This document shows positions 50,902 to 63,955 of a stretch of 64,000 nt of DNA, piece after piece. The notes under the pieces were generated by a model. It was not told the DNA's origin. It did no database searches and worked only from the letters and a program-made list of their open reading frames with translations. The stretch is from contig NC_043020.1 of NCBI RefSeq assembly GCF_006345805.1, positions 12,958,001 to 13,022,000 on the forward strand, in the 5' to 3' direction. The stretch is from Octopus sinensis. Its lineage: Eukaryota. The translations under genes were made by a program, and so were the position numbers. The stretch's first letter is position 1. The number at the start of each line of letters is the position of its first letter.

Positions 50902-51143
50902 TATTAGAGACAAAACCACTATTTTGCAAAACAAACAAGGAAAGACTTAATCAATACATAAAATTTTAATAAATAGTTTTTGACTATTTATTAAAATTTT
51001 ATGTATTGATTAAGTCTTTCCTTGTTTGTTTTGCAAAATAGTGGTTTTGTCTCTAATAATATTTTATAATATTTTACTATAAAATTGGATTTAATCCTAA
51101 ATCTGATTTTTTCCCTGTAAATTTGGATTTATTCCCTAATATT
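49304..51143. repeat. Cluster of AT-rich fold-back (palindromic) elements of one family
   Basis: Palindromes at 49381-49640, 49758-49911 and 50892-51068, each with a one-sided ~75-bp tail ending AATATTAGGG/CCCTAATATT; single arms at about 50367 and 59625. Confidence 0.85.
50660..50757 (-). CDS. ROS1: ROS1 exon: IYQCFLPPQYTCHLAVSQLQARASDIKVDPING
   Basis: Acceptor ttttctcag|, donor GG|gtaagt; phase 0 to 2; 98 nt; joins the next exon to give VDPINGFLYYT. Confidence 0.88.
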
Positions 51144-51197
51144 TATTATTATTATATATATATATATATATTATATATATATGTATATATATGTATG

Positions 51198-51228
<31 letters not shown>

Positions 51229-52539
51229 GTATGTAATATATGTATGTATATATATATATGTATGTATATATATATATACACACATATATATCACACACAT
51301 AATTGTGTGTCACAAATGAGCTAAAAGATGTAGATGAGAGTGACTAGGGACATAAAATGGGACAACAAAGACAAATAAATATATACTAAATACCACACTA
51401 GACGAATTCTTCATTTACTGAAATTACTTTTGTTTTGAGAGAAGGTAAACAAATGCCCAGTGATGATTCAACTGACTTCTGAACCAAGGAGAAGTAATCA
51501 CAAAAATAAAATATATATGATGGCATCTTATATATTTCCGACTCAATAGGTATCATCATCACAGTAGTGTCCAGCCTGAAACCTTACCACACAAAAGACT
51601 TAGACATATCTAAAAGAAGTAGACTATATGGCCTAGGGTAATTTTCATAGTCAAAACAATTTCAATTTAATAAGCCAAGGGAAGTAACTCTAGATTTATT
51701 CCAAATGATAGGAGTACAAGAATAACTACAAGAACACACATGGTGTTTTAAATACTGGTAGTTTGTCATGCAATCATCATCATCATCATCATCGTTTAAC
51801 ATCCGCTTTCCATGCTGACATGGGTTGGATCTGGCAGAGTTTCTACAGCTGGATGCCCTTCCTAACGCCAGCTACTCCGAGAGTGTAGTGGATGCTTTTA
51901 CATGCTACCGGCATGAGGACCAGTCAGGCAGTACTGGCAAAAGCTATGCTCAAATGGCGCTTTTTATACGCCACCTGCGCAGCAGCCAATCCAGTGGCAT
52001 TGGCAACAACCTTGCTTGAATGTTTTTTCACGTGCAATGTAAGTCTTAAATTATGTTATAGCACTATATGAATTTTAGAAACTTGATGTGCACACATATT
52101 GGATTTTTGCCAATGACATAAGAATAGATATCCCCTTTTAATGTAACAGACTGATATCAACAGGCCAGTCATACAGTTCACACAGAAGACAAAATGCTGC
52201 TCTTCATGTATATAAGAAAACATATACATTCGTAAAAATATCTCTTCATAATATAAAGAATAACATGTATACCAATCAAAGAGAAATGTCATGCAACTAT
52301 CTTTTATCTGTTACTTGTCTCAGTCGTTAGACTGTGGTCATGCTGGAGCACTGCCTTGAGGAATTTCAGTGAAACAAATCAATCGCAGTACTTATTGTTT
52401 TCTTTTTTTTTAAAGCCTGGTACTTATTCTATCAAAGGCTTTTGCTGAACTGATAAGTTACAGGGACATAAACACACCAGCATCAGTCGTCAAGCGATGT
52501 TGGTGGGGGGGACAAACACAGACACACAAACATATACAT

Positions 52540-52574
<35 letters not shown>

Positions 52575-53609
52575 CAACGGGTTCCATTTCCATCTACCAA
52601 ATCCACTCATAAGACTTTGGTCAGCTTGAGGCTATAGTAGAAGACACTTGCCCAAGGTGCCACGCAGTGGGACTGAACCCTGAACTATGTGGTTGGTAAG
52701 CAAGCTACTTACCACACAGCCACTCCTGCACCTATGTGTATAAATATATATATTCTTTTATTCTTTAACTTGTTTCAGTTATTTGACTGCAGCCCTACTG
52801 GAGTACAGACTTTAGTCGACCCCAGGACTTATTCTTTGTAAACCTAGTACTTATTCTATCGGTCTCTTTTACCAAATTTCTAAGATACATGGACGTAAAC
52901 ACACCAACATTGGCTGTCAAGCAATGGTGGAGGGACAAACACAGACACATGCACACACACACACAAATACATACATGCATATGCATATATATGATGGGAT
53001 TCTTTCAGTTTCTGTCTACCAAATCCAGTCACAAGGCTTTGGTTGGCCCATGACTATAGCAGAAGACACTTGCCGAAGATGCCATGCAGTAGGACTGAAC
53101 ATGGAACCATATGGTTGGGAAGCAATCTTTTTACCACACAGCCACGCCTATATGTGTGTGCATGTGTGAGTGTGTGTGTGTGTGTGTGGTGTGTGTTCCA
53201 CAAGCTTTCGTTTCTGTCAGCAAAATCTGTTCTCAAGACTCTGGTTGGTCCAAGGCTGTAGTAGAAGACACTTGTCCAAGGTATTACACAGTAGTACTGA
53301 ACCCAGAACCATGTGGTCAGGAAGCAAGCTTCTTACCATAAGGCCACCCCTGTACCCACACACACACACATGCACATACACACACACTCTTATGACATCT
53401 TGTCCCTTCCTTCCCCTTACGTAGCTGAGGGGGCTTTTACCTTTTTCCTTTTCTTATTCTTTTCCTGTCTTACAAGTTACTCGGCATTAGGAAGGGCAGC
53501 CAGCTGTAGAATCCTTCCTAAAGCTGACATTGGAGCACAAAGCAACCATGTTACACTCTAGTTCCTGTCAAACCATCCAACCCATGCCAGCATGGAAAAT
53601 GGATGTTAA

Positions 53610-53645
<36 letters not shown>

Positions 53646-53968
53646 GTAATGGTGGTCACACATATACGCAATGATGTGTAAATACGTGTCTGTGTTTGTG
53701 TATATATATTTATTCTTGAAGAATAAACAACATTAATATTACTGTTTCAAATTTATCTTTTTACAAATTGATACAGAGAAGAAAAAAAATGTAGAGGAAA
53801 AAAAATTCTCTCGTATTTATTTTTCAACTGTTTTAACAACTGAAAGATAAATAAAGAATACCAAAATTTCCTGATTAATTCTTTGCCTGAAAATGGCAAA
53901 GAATTTTGAAGATTTAAAAGTAGGGCAGCTAACGATTGATATTGATTGATGTAACTTAGAACACTCAC

Positions 53969-54147
53969 CTCCTGATCTCCAGCTAAGTATGCCTTGTTGT
54001 GGAGCCAATCAACTGCGATAGCTTTAGGATTTTTCACTGTTGGGTAAATATTTTCCTTTTGTTTGGAACTGTTTGTGAAAACCACATGGACTCTTCCATT
54101 TGAATCACTAAACAGAACCAGGTGATTCTTTATGTGCACCCCTACAT
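53969..54147 (-). CDS. ROS1: ROS1 exon, beta-propeller: (D)VGVHIKNHLVLFSDSNG...KAIAVDWLHNKAYLAGDQE
   Basis: Acceptor ttgcag|AT, donor GAG|gtgagt; phase 1 to 0; 179 nt. Confidence 0.88.
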
Positions 54148-54735
54148 CTGCAATGGAATGTGCCAAAGCAACCAAAAATTACACACAGAACTAAGTAGTA
54201 ATCTGCATAAACTCAGGTTAAAATAACCATATTTTAATCTAGATACAAGACACCTTTACTTCATTAGCAAAGTTTCAATTAATTATGGCCTTCCAGAAAA
54301 AATTTCTCATTGATATTGCATTTTCTAGGCAACAGAATTGAAATGTTGATGTAACAAAAAGTTCATTAAAATTTTAATTTCAGTTCAAAAAATACTATTT
54401 TGTGACTGAGAAATAAATAAAATAATAATTTTATTTTATGTGTATGGATATATATACGTTTTTACATATGAATATAAACTTAGGTATGAGTGCGTGATTG
54501 TATGTGTGTAACATATGATATATAGAGAGTATATATATATGTGTGTGTGTGTGTGTGCGTGTACATATATGTGTGTGTGTGTATGTATATATATATATGT
54601 CTATATACACACATACATATATATATACTCACACACACACATATATCTTTGTTTTTGTAAATTTGAACAATATAAAATATATACATGCATAAATGTATAT
54701 ATGCATATGCTATTCATATAATACTGGTGTTATAA

Positions 54736-54799
<64 letters not shown>

Positions 54800-55172
54800 C
54801 ATATATACATACAGGTTGTTCATAATTATCTTTACAACTTCCTCAATTTATTGTATCTATTAAAGTTGAGATCCATCAATCAACTTCTTTGCAACCAATA
54901 GAACTAGCATGGAAGTGTTCTGATGTTTCTAATAAATATCTATTTGCTTTCCAATAAACTCTGGTTTTCATTTACTTTTCTGAATTTTTCAAATTGTAAA
55001 TGTAATTTCTGAACACTGCGTGTATACATATATTTGCATGTATGTATGTATGTATGTATGCATGCATGCATGTATGTATGTATGTATGTATGTATGTATG
55101 TTGTATGTATGTATGTATGTATGTATGTATGTATGTTATGTTATGTATGTATATATATATATTATATATATA

Positions 55173-55204
<32 letters not shown>

Positions 55205-55225
55205 GATATAATAAATATATAATAT

Positions 55226-55270
<45 letters not shown>

Positions 55271-55767
55271 ATATATATACATATAGTGTGAAGGTGCATG
55301 GCTCAGTGGTTAGAGCATCAGGTTTATAATCATGGAGTTGCAAGTTTGATTCTCAGACCGGGCTGTGTGTTGCGTTCTTGAGCAAGACACTTCATTTCAT
55401 GTTGATCCAGTTCACTCTGGTGTAAAAACCAGTGGCAGCATCACTGGTGCCAAGCTGTATCATCCTATGCGTTTTTCCCCTCGGACAACATCCGTGGCAT
55501 GGAGAGGGAAGTCTGGTATGCGTGGGTGATTGCTGGTCGTCCACTGAAGCAATCATGTGTGGACTTGTGCCTCGGAGGGGAAATTTCTTGGCGCAATCCC
55601 ATGGTCATTTGTGATTGACGTGTGTCTTTACCTTTTACACTTGTATTAAATGTGTATATATATATATATATAAAAAGCACAATTTGTTCGTGATTAGAGT
55701 TGTTTGAAAACCAAGGTACAAGTGTGTGTGTGTGTGTGTGTATGTGTGTATATATATATATAATAAA

Positions 55768-56013
55768 TGCACCCTTTTAAAGCCTAGCCAGGCTCATGGG
55801 CCTGGTTTTTCCCGGTTTCAATGGCGTATGTGTTCCCCAGCTGGACGGGACGCTAGTCCAGCACAGCATTACTCATTTTTGCCAGCTGAGTGGCCTGGAG
55901 CAATGTGAAATGAAGTGTTTTGCTCAAGAACACAATGCGTCGCCCGGTCCAGGAATTGAAACCACAATCTTACGATCATGATGCTGACACCCTAACAACT
56001 AAGCCACGTGCCT
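55768..56013 (-). mobile_element. tRNA-derived SINE, head B + tail Y
   Basis: Head matches 9487; tail matches 57690-57800. Confidence 0.78.
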
Positions 56014-57232
56014 CCACATATATATATATATACACATGCAAATACATGCATGTTTATGTATTTGTGAATACTTTATGAAATAATTTTTTTGTATTATATA
56101 TTTGAAAATTGTTTTGGTGTGAGTGTGTGTGTGTATATGTGTTTGTGTATGCATGTGTGTGTGAGAGACTGAGTGTATGTAATGCATATAAATGTGTGTG
56201 TGTGAGTGTGAGTGTATGGTTTCGTGTGTATTTCCCAAGTTTCTCTAAACAAAAAAAAACAAACTATTCTATGACTTTTACAATACAAAAGCTCATCAAT
56301 CTAAGCTTTATAAATATTTTGAACAACGACAACAACAACATGAACAACAAGAAATAATTAAATTAGCAGCAAATAACGACGAACAGCTAACGAATGCTAT
56401 GTCTATATTCCTAGCATGCCAGGTGTGCGGGTTGGTGGGGGTGGGTTTTATAAGGGAAGGGGGTAGGGGGAGGGTTGAGCAAGAAATCTTCAAGTACTTC
56501 ATATATCAAGATGGCGGCGGCGGTGGTGTGAGGGTGGGGTGGGTGGAGGTGTGAAGTGGGTAAGAGTGGGTAGGCGAGGGGGTTGTGGAGTGGAGCGGTG
56601 TGGTGTGGTGGGGAAGGGTTTGTTAGATCCGAAACTGTGAAATACTTCATTCAAAACAATGCAACAGTCAACAAAAACAACAAAATAAAATCCAGCAAAA
56701 TTTAACCAAAAAATAATTTTTTTTTTTTTTTAGATACATAAATAAATAATTAAAATAAAAAATAAATATATAACAAGAGCAGTAATTGTTTCAAAATCCA
56801 TTTGGATTTCATTGGAGAAGTGTTGGTCCCTAGTGGTGGTGGTGTGGTGTGGTGGCGAGAATGGCAGCTAGAGAGAGATGTAGGTTAGGTAGGTGAAAAA
56901 AATGGTAGTTACGGTGCCGGTGGTGTTTGGTAGACTAGAGATTTGCAATAAGTAGTTCTATCAGGACTATAACATAATATTATAAAGCTAAATGACTGGA
57001 GTATGGACAAAAGTAAGCCACGACCATCTTGGCTTCTGGCAGAATTGTTGGCATGACAGGCAAAATGCTTATCAGCATATCATCTGTCTTTAAGTTCTGA
57101 GTTCAAATTCCGCCGAGGTTGTCTTTGCATTTCATCTTTTCAGGGTCGATAAATTAAGTACTAGTGAAACACTGGGGTCAATCAAATTGACTAGCTCCCT
57201 CCCCCAAAATTTCAGGCCTTGTAGTAGAAAGG

Positions 57233-57267
<35 letters not shown>

Positions 57268-57443
57268 TACTTTATTATTATATTACTATTATTATTATTA
57301 TTATTATTACTATTATTATTATATTATTATATTAATTATTATTATTATTATTATTATTTTATATTTTGTAACTTTTGTCCTGTGTTTTGTCCCTTTATGT
57401 TATAATTAATTTTTGTCAACCCTTGTGGCCAATAAAAGAATTA

Positions 57444-57478
<35 letters not shown>

Positions 57479-57496
57479 CATCATCATCATCATTGT

Positions 57497-57800
57497 GAAG
57501 GCACAATGGCCCAGTGGTTAGGGCAGCGGACTCACAGTCGGAGGATCGTGGTTTCGATTCCCAGACCAGGCATTGCATGTGTTTATTGAGTGAAAACACC
57601 TAAAAGCTCCACAAGGCTCCAGCAGGAGGTGGTGGTGACTCCTGTTGTACTCTTTCGCCACAACGTTCTCTCACTCTCTCTCCCTGTTTCTTGAGTAACG
57701 CTGCGATGGACTGGCGTCCCGTCCAGCTGGGGGGAACACATATGCCACAGAAACTGGGAAACTGGGTCCATGAGCCTGGCTAGGCTTTAAAAGGGCACAT
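57497..57800 (+). mobile_element. tRNA-derived SINE, head A + tail Y
   Basis: Head matches 22559; tail CGCTGCGATGGACTGGCGTCCCGTCCAGCTGGGG...GGCTAGGCTTTAAAAGGG. Confidence 0.8.
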
Positions 57801-57812
57801 AAATAAATAAAA

Positions 57813-57866
<54 letters not shown>

Positions 57867-57869
57867 ATT

Positions 57870-58555
57870 AATGTGGTGAGCTGGTAGAACCATAGTACGT
57901 TAGATAAAATGCTTCGTAGAATATTCATCTGTCTTTATGTTCTGAGTTCAAATTCTGCTGAGTTTAACTTTGTCTTTCATCCTTTCAGGGTTGATAAAAT
58001 AGGTTCCAGCTGAGCACTGGGGTTGATGTAACACCCCTGAACATGCTGGCCTTGTGCCAAAATTTGAAACCATTATTACTATTGTCATTATTGGTAGGGT
58101 AGTGAGCTCACAGAATCGTTACCTCGCTGGATAAAATGCTTAGCAGTATTTCACCCATCACTATGTTCAGACTTCAAATTCAGCCAAGGTCGACTTTGCC
58201 TTTCATCCTTCCAGGATCGATAAATCAAGTACCAGTGATACACTGGGGTCGATATAATTAACTTGTCCCCTCCCACCAAATTTCAGGTCTTGTGCCTTCA
58301 GTAGAAAAGATTACTATTGTTATTGGTATGATATTATTGTTAAATCAGTGAGCTGGCTGAACCATTAGCACACCAGACAGAATGCTTAGCAGCATTTCAT
58401 CAGTCATTATATTCTGAGTTCAAATTCCATCAAAGTCAACTTTGCCTTTCACCCTTTTGAGGTTGATAAAAGAAGTATCAGTTGAACACTGGGGCTGATG
58501 TAATCAACTTACTCCACTACCCCAAAATATCTGGCCTTGTGCTTATAAAGAAAGG
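57870..58555 (+). mobile_element. Run of degraded S2-head SINEs with an alternative tail (..CAGGCCTTGTGCC..AGAAAGG(ATT)n); similar copies at about 57030-57240, 62385-62600 and 62715-62930
   Basis: Repeated GAGCTGGCAGAATC...TTCTGAGTTCAAATTC head. Confidence 0.7.
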
Positions 58556-58718
58556 GTAATTTTTAATTGTCCACTGCATGTTCATATAATATATATATAT
58601 ATATATACACACACTATATATTCTATATATATATATACATATAGATAACTATACATATATAATATACATATATATAATATATATATATATACATATATAT
58701 ATATATTAGGGATATATG

Positions 58719-58754
<36 letters not shown>

Positions 58755-58853
58755 GATTACCACACATATATTACATATCATATATATCTATATATATATA
58801 ATATTTATATATATATATAGATTAAATATTAGATATACATATATATCCTATAC

Positions 58854-58885
<32 letters not shown>

Positions 58886-60673
58886 TTATGTATTATATGT
58901 ATATATATGTTATATGTAATATATATATATATATTAATATATATATATATTATTATATATATATATATATATATAGCTTGTGTCCATTGTCTTTCATTAG
59001 GGGTTCCAAAATAAAAGAACCATTCCAAGACGATCAGACTAGATACCTTGTAGTATTTACTCTGAATATGCTCTGAGATCAAGTCCCACCATAGCCATCA
59101 TGGCTGGTCGACTTAGTCAATTCCCTTGTTTAACCACCACCACCACCACCACCTGGCACCCTGCTGTGCATTAAGTGGACCCCATTCTGTTGCAAGTATT
59201 TGGGCAAGGTCCCCAGTTTGGAGATACCTTCCTTACACCTGTTATAGGGTCTCTGTACAGGAAGGGTCCTTAACTACTGACTGACAGACCAGTTCCAGGT
59301 CATGGATCATTTGATACTGGGCCGCACAGAAAGAATGACTTTTTAATTTCATTTCTATTTTATAAACTATCACAAACTTCTGGGTATTTTTGCATTATTT
59401 ATATTTATAAGTAATAATTAAATTATATATCTCAATTTCGTAAATTATGGAATTTACAGGTAAGATAGAACCGCTATTTTGGAATTCATCTTTGAAGGAT
59501 ATTCCAATACCCTCTAGAAAAGAATATATTTTGAAACTTATTAATAATATTAAGGATTTTGTTTCAAGGTTTTAAATTTTGAATTTTAATATTTTATATA
59601 TTTTGCATATTATATTAATTAATTTTATTTCTATGTATTGGTTTATGTTTTTCACTGTTTGATTTGCCTAATAGTGGTTTTATCTCTGATTTAATATATA
59701 TCTATATATATATATATATCTATATATATATATATATATATATATATCTGTAAAATAATATGTGACAATTATTCGGTACCAAGATAAAACTCTGAGTTTT
59801 GGATGCCGAGTTGAAAAACCACACCACCATCTCTTCGGTTATCTGGCTATCTCTTACTGTTTTTACCAATATATATATATATATATTTCTTTATTGCCCA
59901 CAGGGAGCTAAACATAGAGGGGACAAACGAGGACAGACAAATGGATTAAGTTGATTACATTGTCCCCAGTGCATAACTAATACTTATTTAATCAATCCTG
60001 AAAGGATGAAAGGCAAAGTTGGCCTCGGCAGAATTTGAACTCAGAACATAAGGATTTTGCCTGGTGTGCTAATGATTCTGCCAGCACACTGCCTGTTATA
60101 TATAAATTATATATATATATATATATAATCAAAATAAGAAACAAGAATATCTTCGGTAAATTGGTACGATCGTTTCACGCTACATCATTTTATTAAACAT
60201 TGTAAGTATTACGACAATTCTAAAATGTTGAGCAATTATCAGCTATTGTGTTGCATGAAACCAGTTCTTGGTACAAAAATGTTGGGAGCTGCTACTGTAA
60301 GAGATTTTGGGGACCACCTTTTCTCCCGTCTAAAGATAAAAAAAATCTCTTTCCCTAGTTAATTAATAAATATCTATCAATTATCTCAAGTGAAATGCAA
60401 ATAAAGCAACTCTCCCACTCTGTAACATGGTGCCTATGTTAAATGTTATAGTTATAATTATTATTATATGATAATGATATTATTAAGGCTCAGAATCGTT
60501 ATCATACCAGGTGAAATGCTTAGCAGTATTTTGTCTGTCAAAAGTTGACCTTGGCAGAATTTGAACTCAGAATGTAAGGACAGATGAAATGCTGCTTAGT
60601 ATTTTGCCCAGCGTGCACATGATTCTGCCAGCTCACTGCCTTAATGTTAATAATAATAATAATAATAATAATG

Positions 60674-60756
<83 letters not shown>

Positions 60757-61239
60757 CATTGTTTTGTCTTGGTATAAAAGATGGGCTACAGCAAATATTC
60801 TGCTCAACACCACAGATTTGCTTGTCAGTTGTTTGACCCTAACCAGTTGAGCATGTCCCTTAGTGGCTGACGATATGTGTATCTCTGATTACAAGCAGAA
60901 GTAGTGGGGGAGCATCATAGCCATGTGTTGAAAGGAATTCTTAGAGGTTTGGATAATTCACCTCTGGAAACATGGGCGTTTTTTCAACATCCTTAAACAA
61001 CACTTATTCAGGGGCCTTTTGAGTGGGATGGGCTACTCGACCAGAAGAAAATTCTATCTGGGCCCCACCTGCATGGTCATGTGCTGGTTATCTTGATATG
61101 AGATCACCATGTCACACACATATGGTTGTGATGCATGTGCCTGGTGTACCCTTATCAGACGGGTAGTAATGATGGGTATATTGGGCTTCGTATATTTTAC
61201 CCCAGTGTCACTTTGATGGTATGCACTGCTCTCTCACTC

Positions 61240-61304
<65 letters not shown>

Positions 61305-61326
61305 GTGAATAATAATATTAATAGTA

Positions 61327-61370
<44 letters not shown>

Positions 61371-61897
61371 TCTTTAGCATGGCTTTACATTGTGGCTAAG
61401 TACATATTTGGTACTCTCCACCAAGTTATGTTATTGCAAACAAAGAGTAACTTTTGCAAGATGTTGGCAACTCCAAAGAGTGCCAATTTTTGTGAGGCTA
61501 GAATATTAATTGTTACATTTAGCTCATTGCTGTGTTTCAAACTTATTAGGAACGGTGCCAACAGCCTTAGTTACCATTGGCACAGCCTTTATTTCATTTC
61601 CAATTAGAGCTTCAAATACTTATCAATATTCTCCATGTCCCTTGGTGGCTGTATTGCAGGCAACAGGGAATATCTACATCTATTAATATAACACTACCAT
61701 ATCCCTTTGTTTACCACAGTTACATCTCATTCCATGCTGCTCTTTCATTCTGTGGGTTTGTATTTTCAGATTCCACAAGATAATGTAACAAGTTCATTCC
61801 CTAACACTGCCATGTATATCTCAGTACCATTTCTGGTCTACCTCAAAACTCTGTTTTTACCAATTATTATTATCAGAATATTATTATAATATTCTAG

Positions 61898-62380
61898 CAT
61901 AAGATCTGGTCATCAAATCTAAGTAGAGACTTCAAACTTGAAATCTTCAAATCCACAGTCAAACCAATTCTACTATATGGCTCAGAAACCTGGATGTTAT
62001 CAAAGAAGCTTGAGAGGAGGTTGGAGGGAACCTACACTCGCCTCCTTATGAGAGCTCAAAGTCTCTCGTGGAAGTGTCATCTAACCAAAATGCAAATATA
62101 TGAAAAACTACCATCTGTATCATCTCTTGTGAAAGGTAGGAGAGTCCAGTTTGCTGGACATTGTTGCAGAGCTGAAAGCGAGGCAATTTCTACTCTTCTC
62201 CTCTGGAAGCCATCTACTCGCAATACCAGAGGGCGCACACTCTCCTACCCTGGTGTAACTTCCAGGGATACAGGCATCCAGCAACAGGACCTCCGTAATG
62301 CTATGATGGACCGTGAAGTCTGGCGTAGCATGGTAAATTCCATTGTCTCAACCACGGTCGAACAATGATGATGATTATCA
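61898..62380 (+). mobile_element. 5'-truncated RTE-clade LINE (RT C-terminus, (ATG)n tail)
   Basis: Reads KIWSSNLSRDFKLEIFKSTVKPILLYGSETWMLSKKLERRLEGTYTRLLMRA...RVQFAGHC.R, a typical RTE ORF end. Confidence 0.85.
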
Positions 62381-62611
62381 ATGCAACAAGCTGGCAGAAT
62401 TGTTAACATGATGGGTGAAATGCTTAGCAGTATTTCGTTTGTCTTTGTGGTCTGAGTTCAAATTCTGCCAAGGTCAACTGTGCCTTTTATCCTTTCGGAG
62501 TCAATAAAGTAAGTACTACTTGCGCACAGGGGTCGATGTAATTGACTAGATCCCTCCCCAAGATTTCAGGCGTTGTGCCTATAGTAGAAAGGATTATTAT
62601 TATTATCATCA

Positions 62612-62654
<43 letters not shown>

Positions 62655-62923
62655 CATTATTGTTGTTGTTGTTATTATTATTATTATTGTTGTTGTTATT
62701 ATTATTATCAAGACAGAGAGCTGGCAGAATCATTAACATGCCAGGTGAAATGTTTAGCAGCATTTCATCTGTCTTTATGGTCTGAGTTCAAATTCTGCCA
62801 AGGTCGACTATGCCTTTCATCCTTTTAGGGTCGATAAATTAAGTACCAGTGAAACACTGGGGTCGATGTAAACAACTAGTCCCCTCCCCCCAAATTTCAG
62901 GCCTTGTGCCTTTAGTAGAAAGG

Positions 62924-62973
<50 letters not shown>

Positions 62974-63009
62974 TATTATTATTATATTATTATTATTTTA
63001 TTACTACTA

Positions 63010-63082
<73 letters not shown>

Positions 63083-63543
63083 CATTTCCCAACCCATTTT
63101 GTTTCTGTGTGTTTCTTTTATGAATAATCTTGTAAAAATTGCTGTGTATTTTTTTGCCATTGTTACGTTTTTGTTGTCCTTACAGTAAATAAATAAATAA
63201 ATGAGTAAATAAATAAATAGATAATGGAATTTATAAATTTTAGAACATTAGACAAATGATATATCCTAGGTCTTCAGTTCAAATCCCACTGGAGTGAACG
63301 GGTCTGGGTCTACACTTGATTAAACTGGACCACATCTGGATTTTACTGTACAACAGTAATATATCTACAAGACTTTTAACCAGTGGCTGTGTGGTAAGTA
63401 GCTTGCTAACCAACCACATGGTAGCGGGTTCATCCCACTGCATGGCATCTTGGGCAAGTGTCTTCTTCTGCATAGCCTCGGGCCGACCAATGCCTTGTGT
63501 TGGATTTGGTAGACGAAACTGAAAGGAGCCTGTCGTATATATG

Positions 63544-63574
<31 letters not shown>

Positions 63575-63955
63575 TTGTGTGTCTGTGTTTGTCCCCTTAG
63601 CATTGCTTGACAACCGATGCTGGTGTGTATACGTCCCCGTAACTTAGTGGCTCAGCAAAAGAGACCGATAGAATAAGTACTGGGCTTACAAAGAATAAGT
63701 TCCGGGGTTGATTTGCTCGACTAAAGGCGGTGCCCCAGCATGGCCGCAGTCAAATGACTGAAACAAGTAAAAGAGAACACTGTCCTTATACACAATGCTA
63801 TCATGGACACAAAAAGAGGACCAGCTGGACTGGTATCAGTCCTGTGTTGGGATTTCACTTAAACACTGAATGTAAAGTGATATAACTAAATAATGCAACA
63901 CATCTATTTCACTTGCTATCAGTTCTGACGATTCACTGCTCTAGTTTATAATATA

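Larger units (their letters stand above)
5126..54147 (-). other. ROS1: Partial multi-exon gene: ROS1/sevenless-family receptor tyrosine kinase, ectodomain portion (19 exons traced; 5' end and TM/kinase exons not found in window)
   Basis: 19 exons with canonical AG/GT ends and phase-compatible junctions join into one ~1200-codon open frame. Motifs match recalled human ROS1 in collinear order: AVDWLHNKAY, VDPINGFLYY, IMSTFLDG, WRGWKYE..GPWTE, AYDWLSKVVYW, IRVEGNASYFNITW, VPNEPLNPRVYI, DGCQC, NTSITLRL, LKPFTKYLFQVAVSNIY. Confidence 0.9.

Noticed and set aside
54810-54965. TA-CAGGTTGTTC... Tc1/mariner-like TIR start (also TACGAGGGGGTGCTGAAAAG at ~39706)
   Set aside because: No partner TIR or transposase remnant seen, so evidence is insufficient for a feature call.
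9400-57570. tRNA genes suggested by A/B-box motifs
   Set aside because: The boxes are SINE heads that continue into repeat bodies; no complete cloverleaf with acceptor stem was found.
1531-63613. Many recurring 60-170 aa ORFs beginning MLGGQTQTHKH, MSSNARGT or MTTDAGVF
   Set aside because: All are translations of the S1 SINE, not a gene family.
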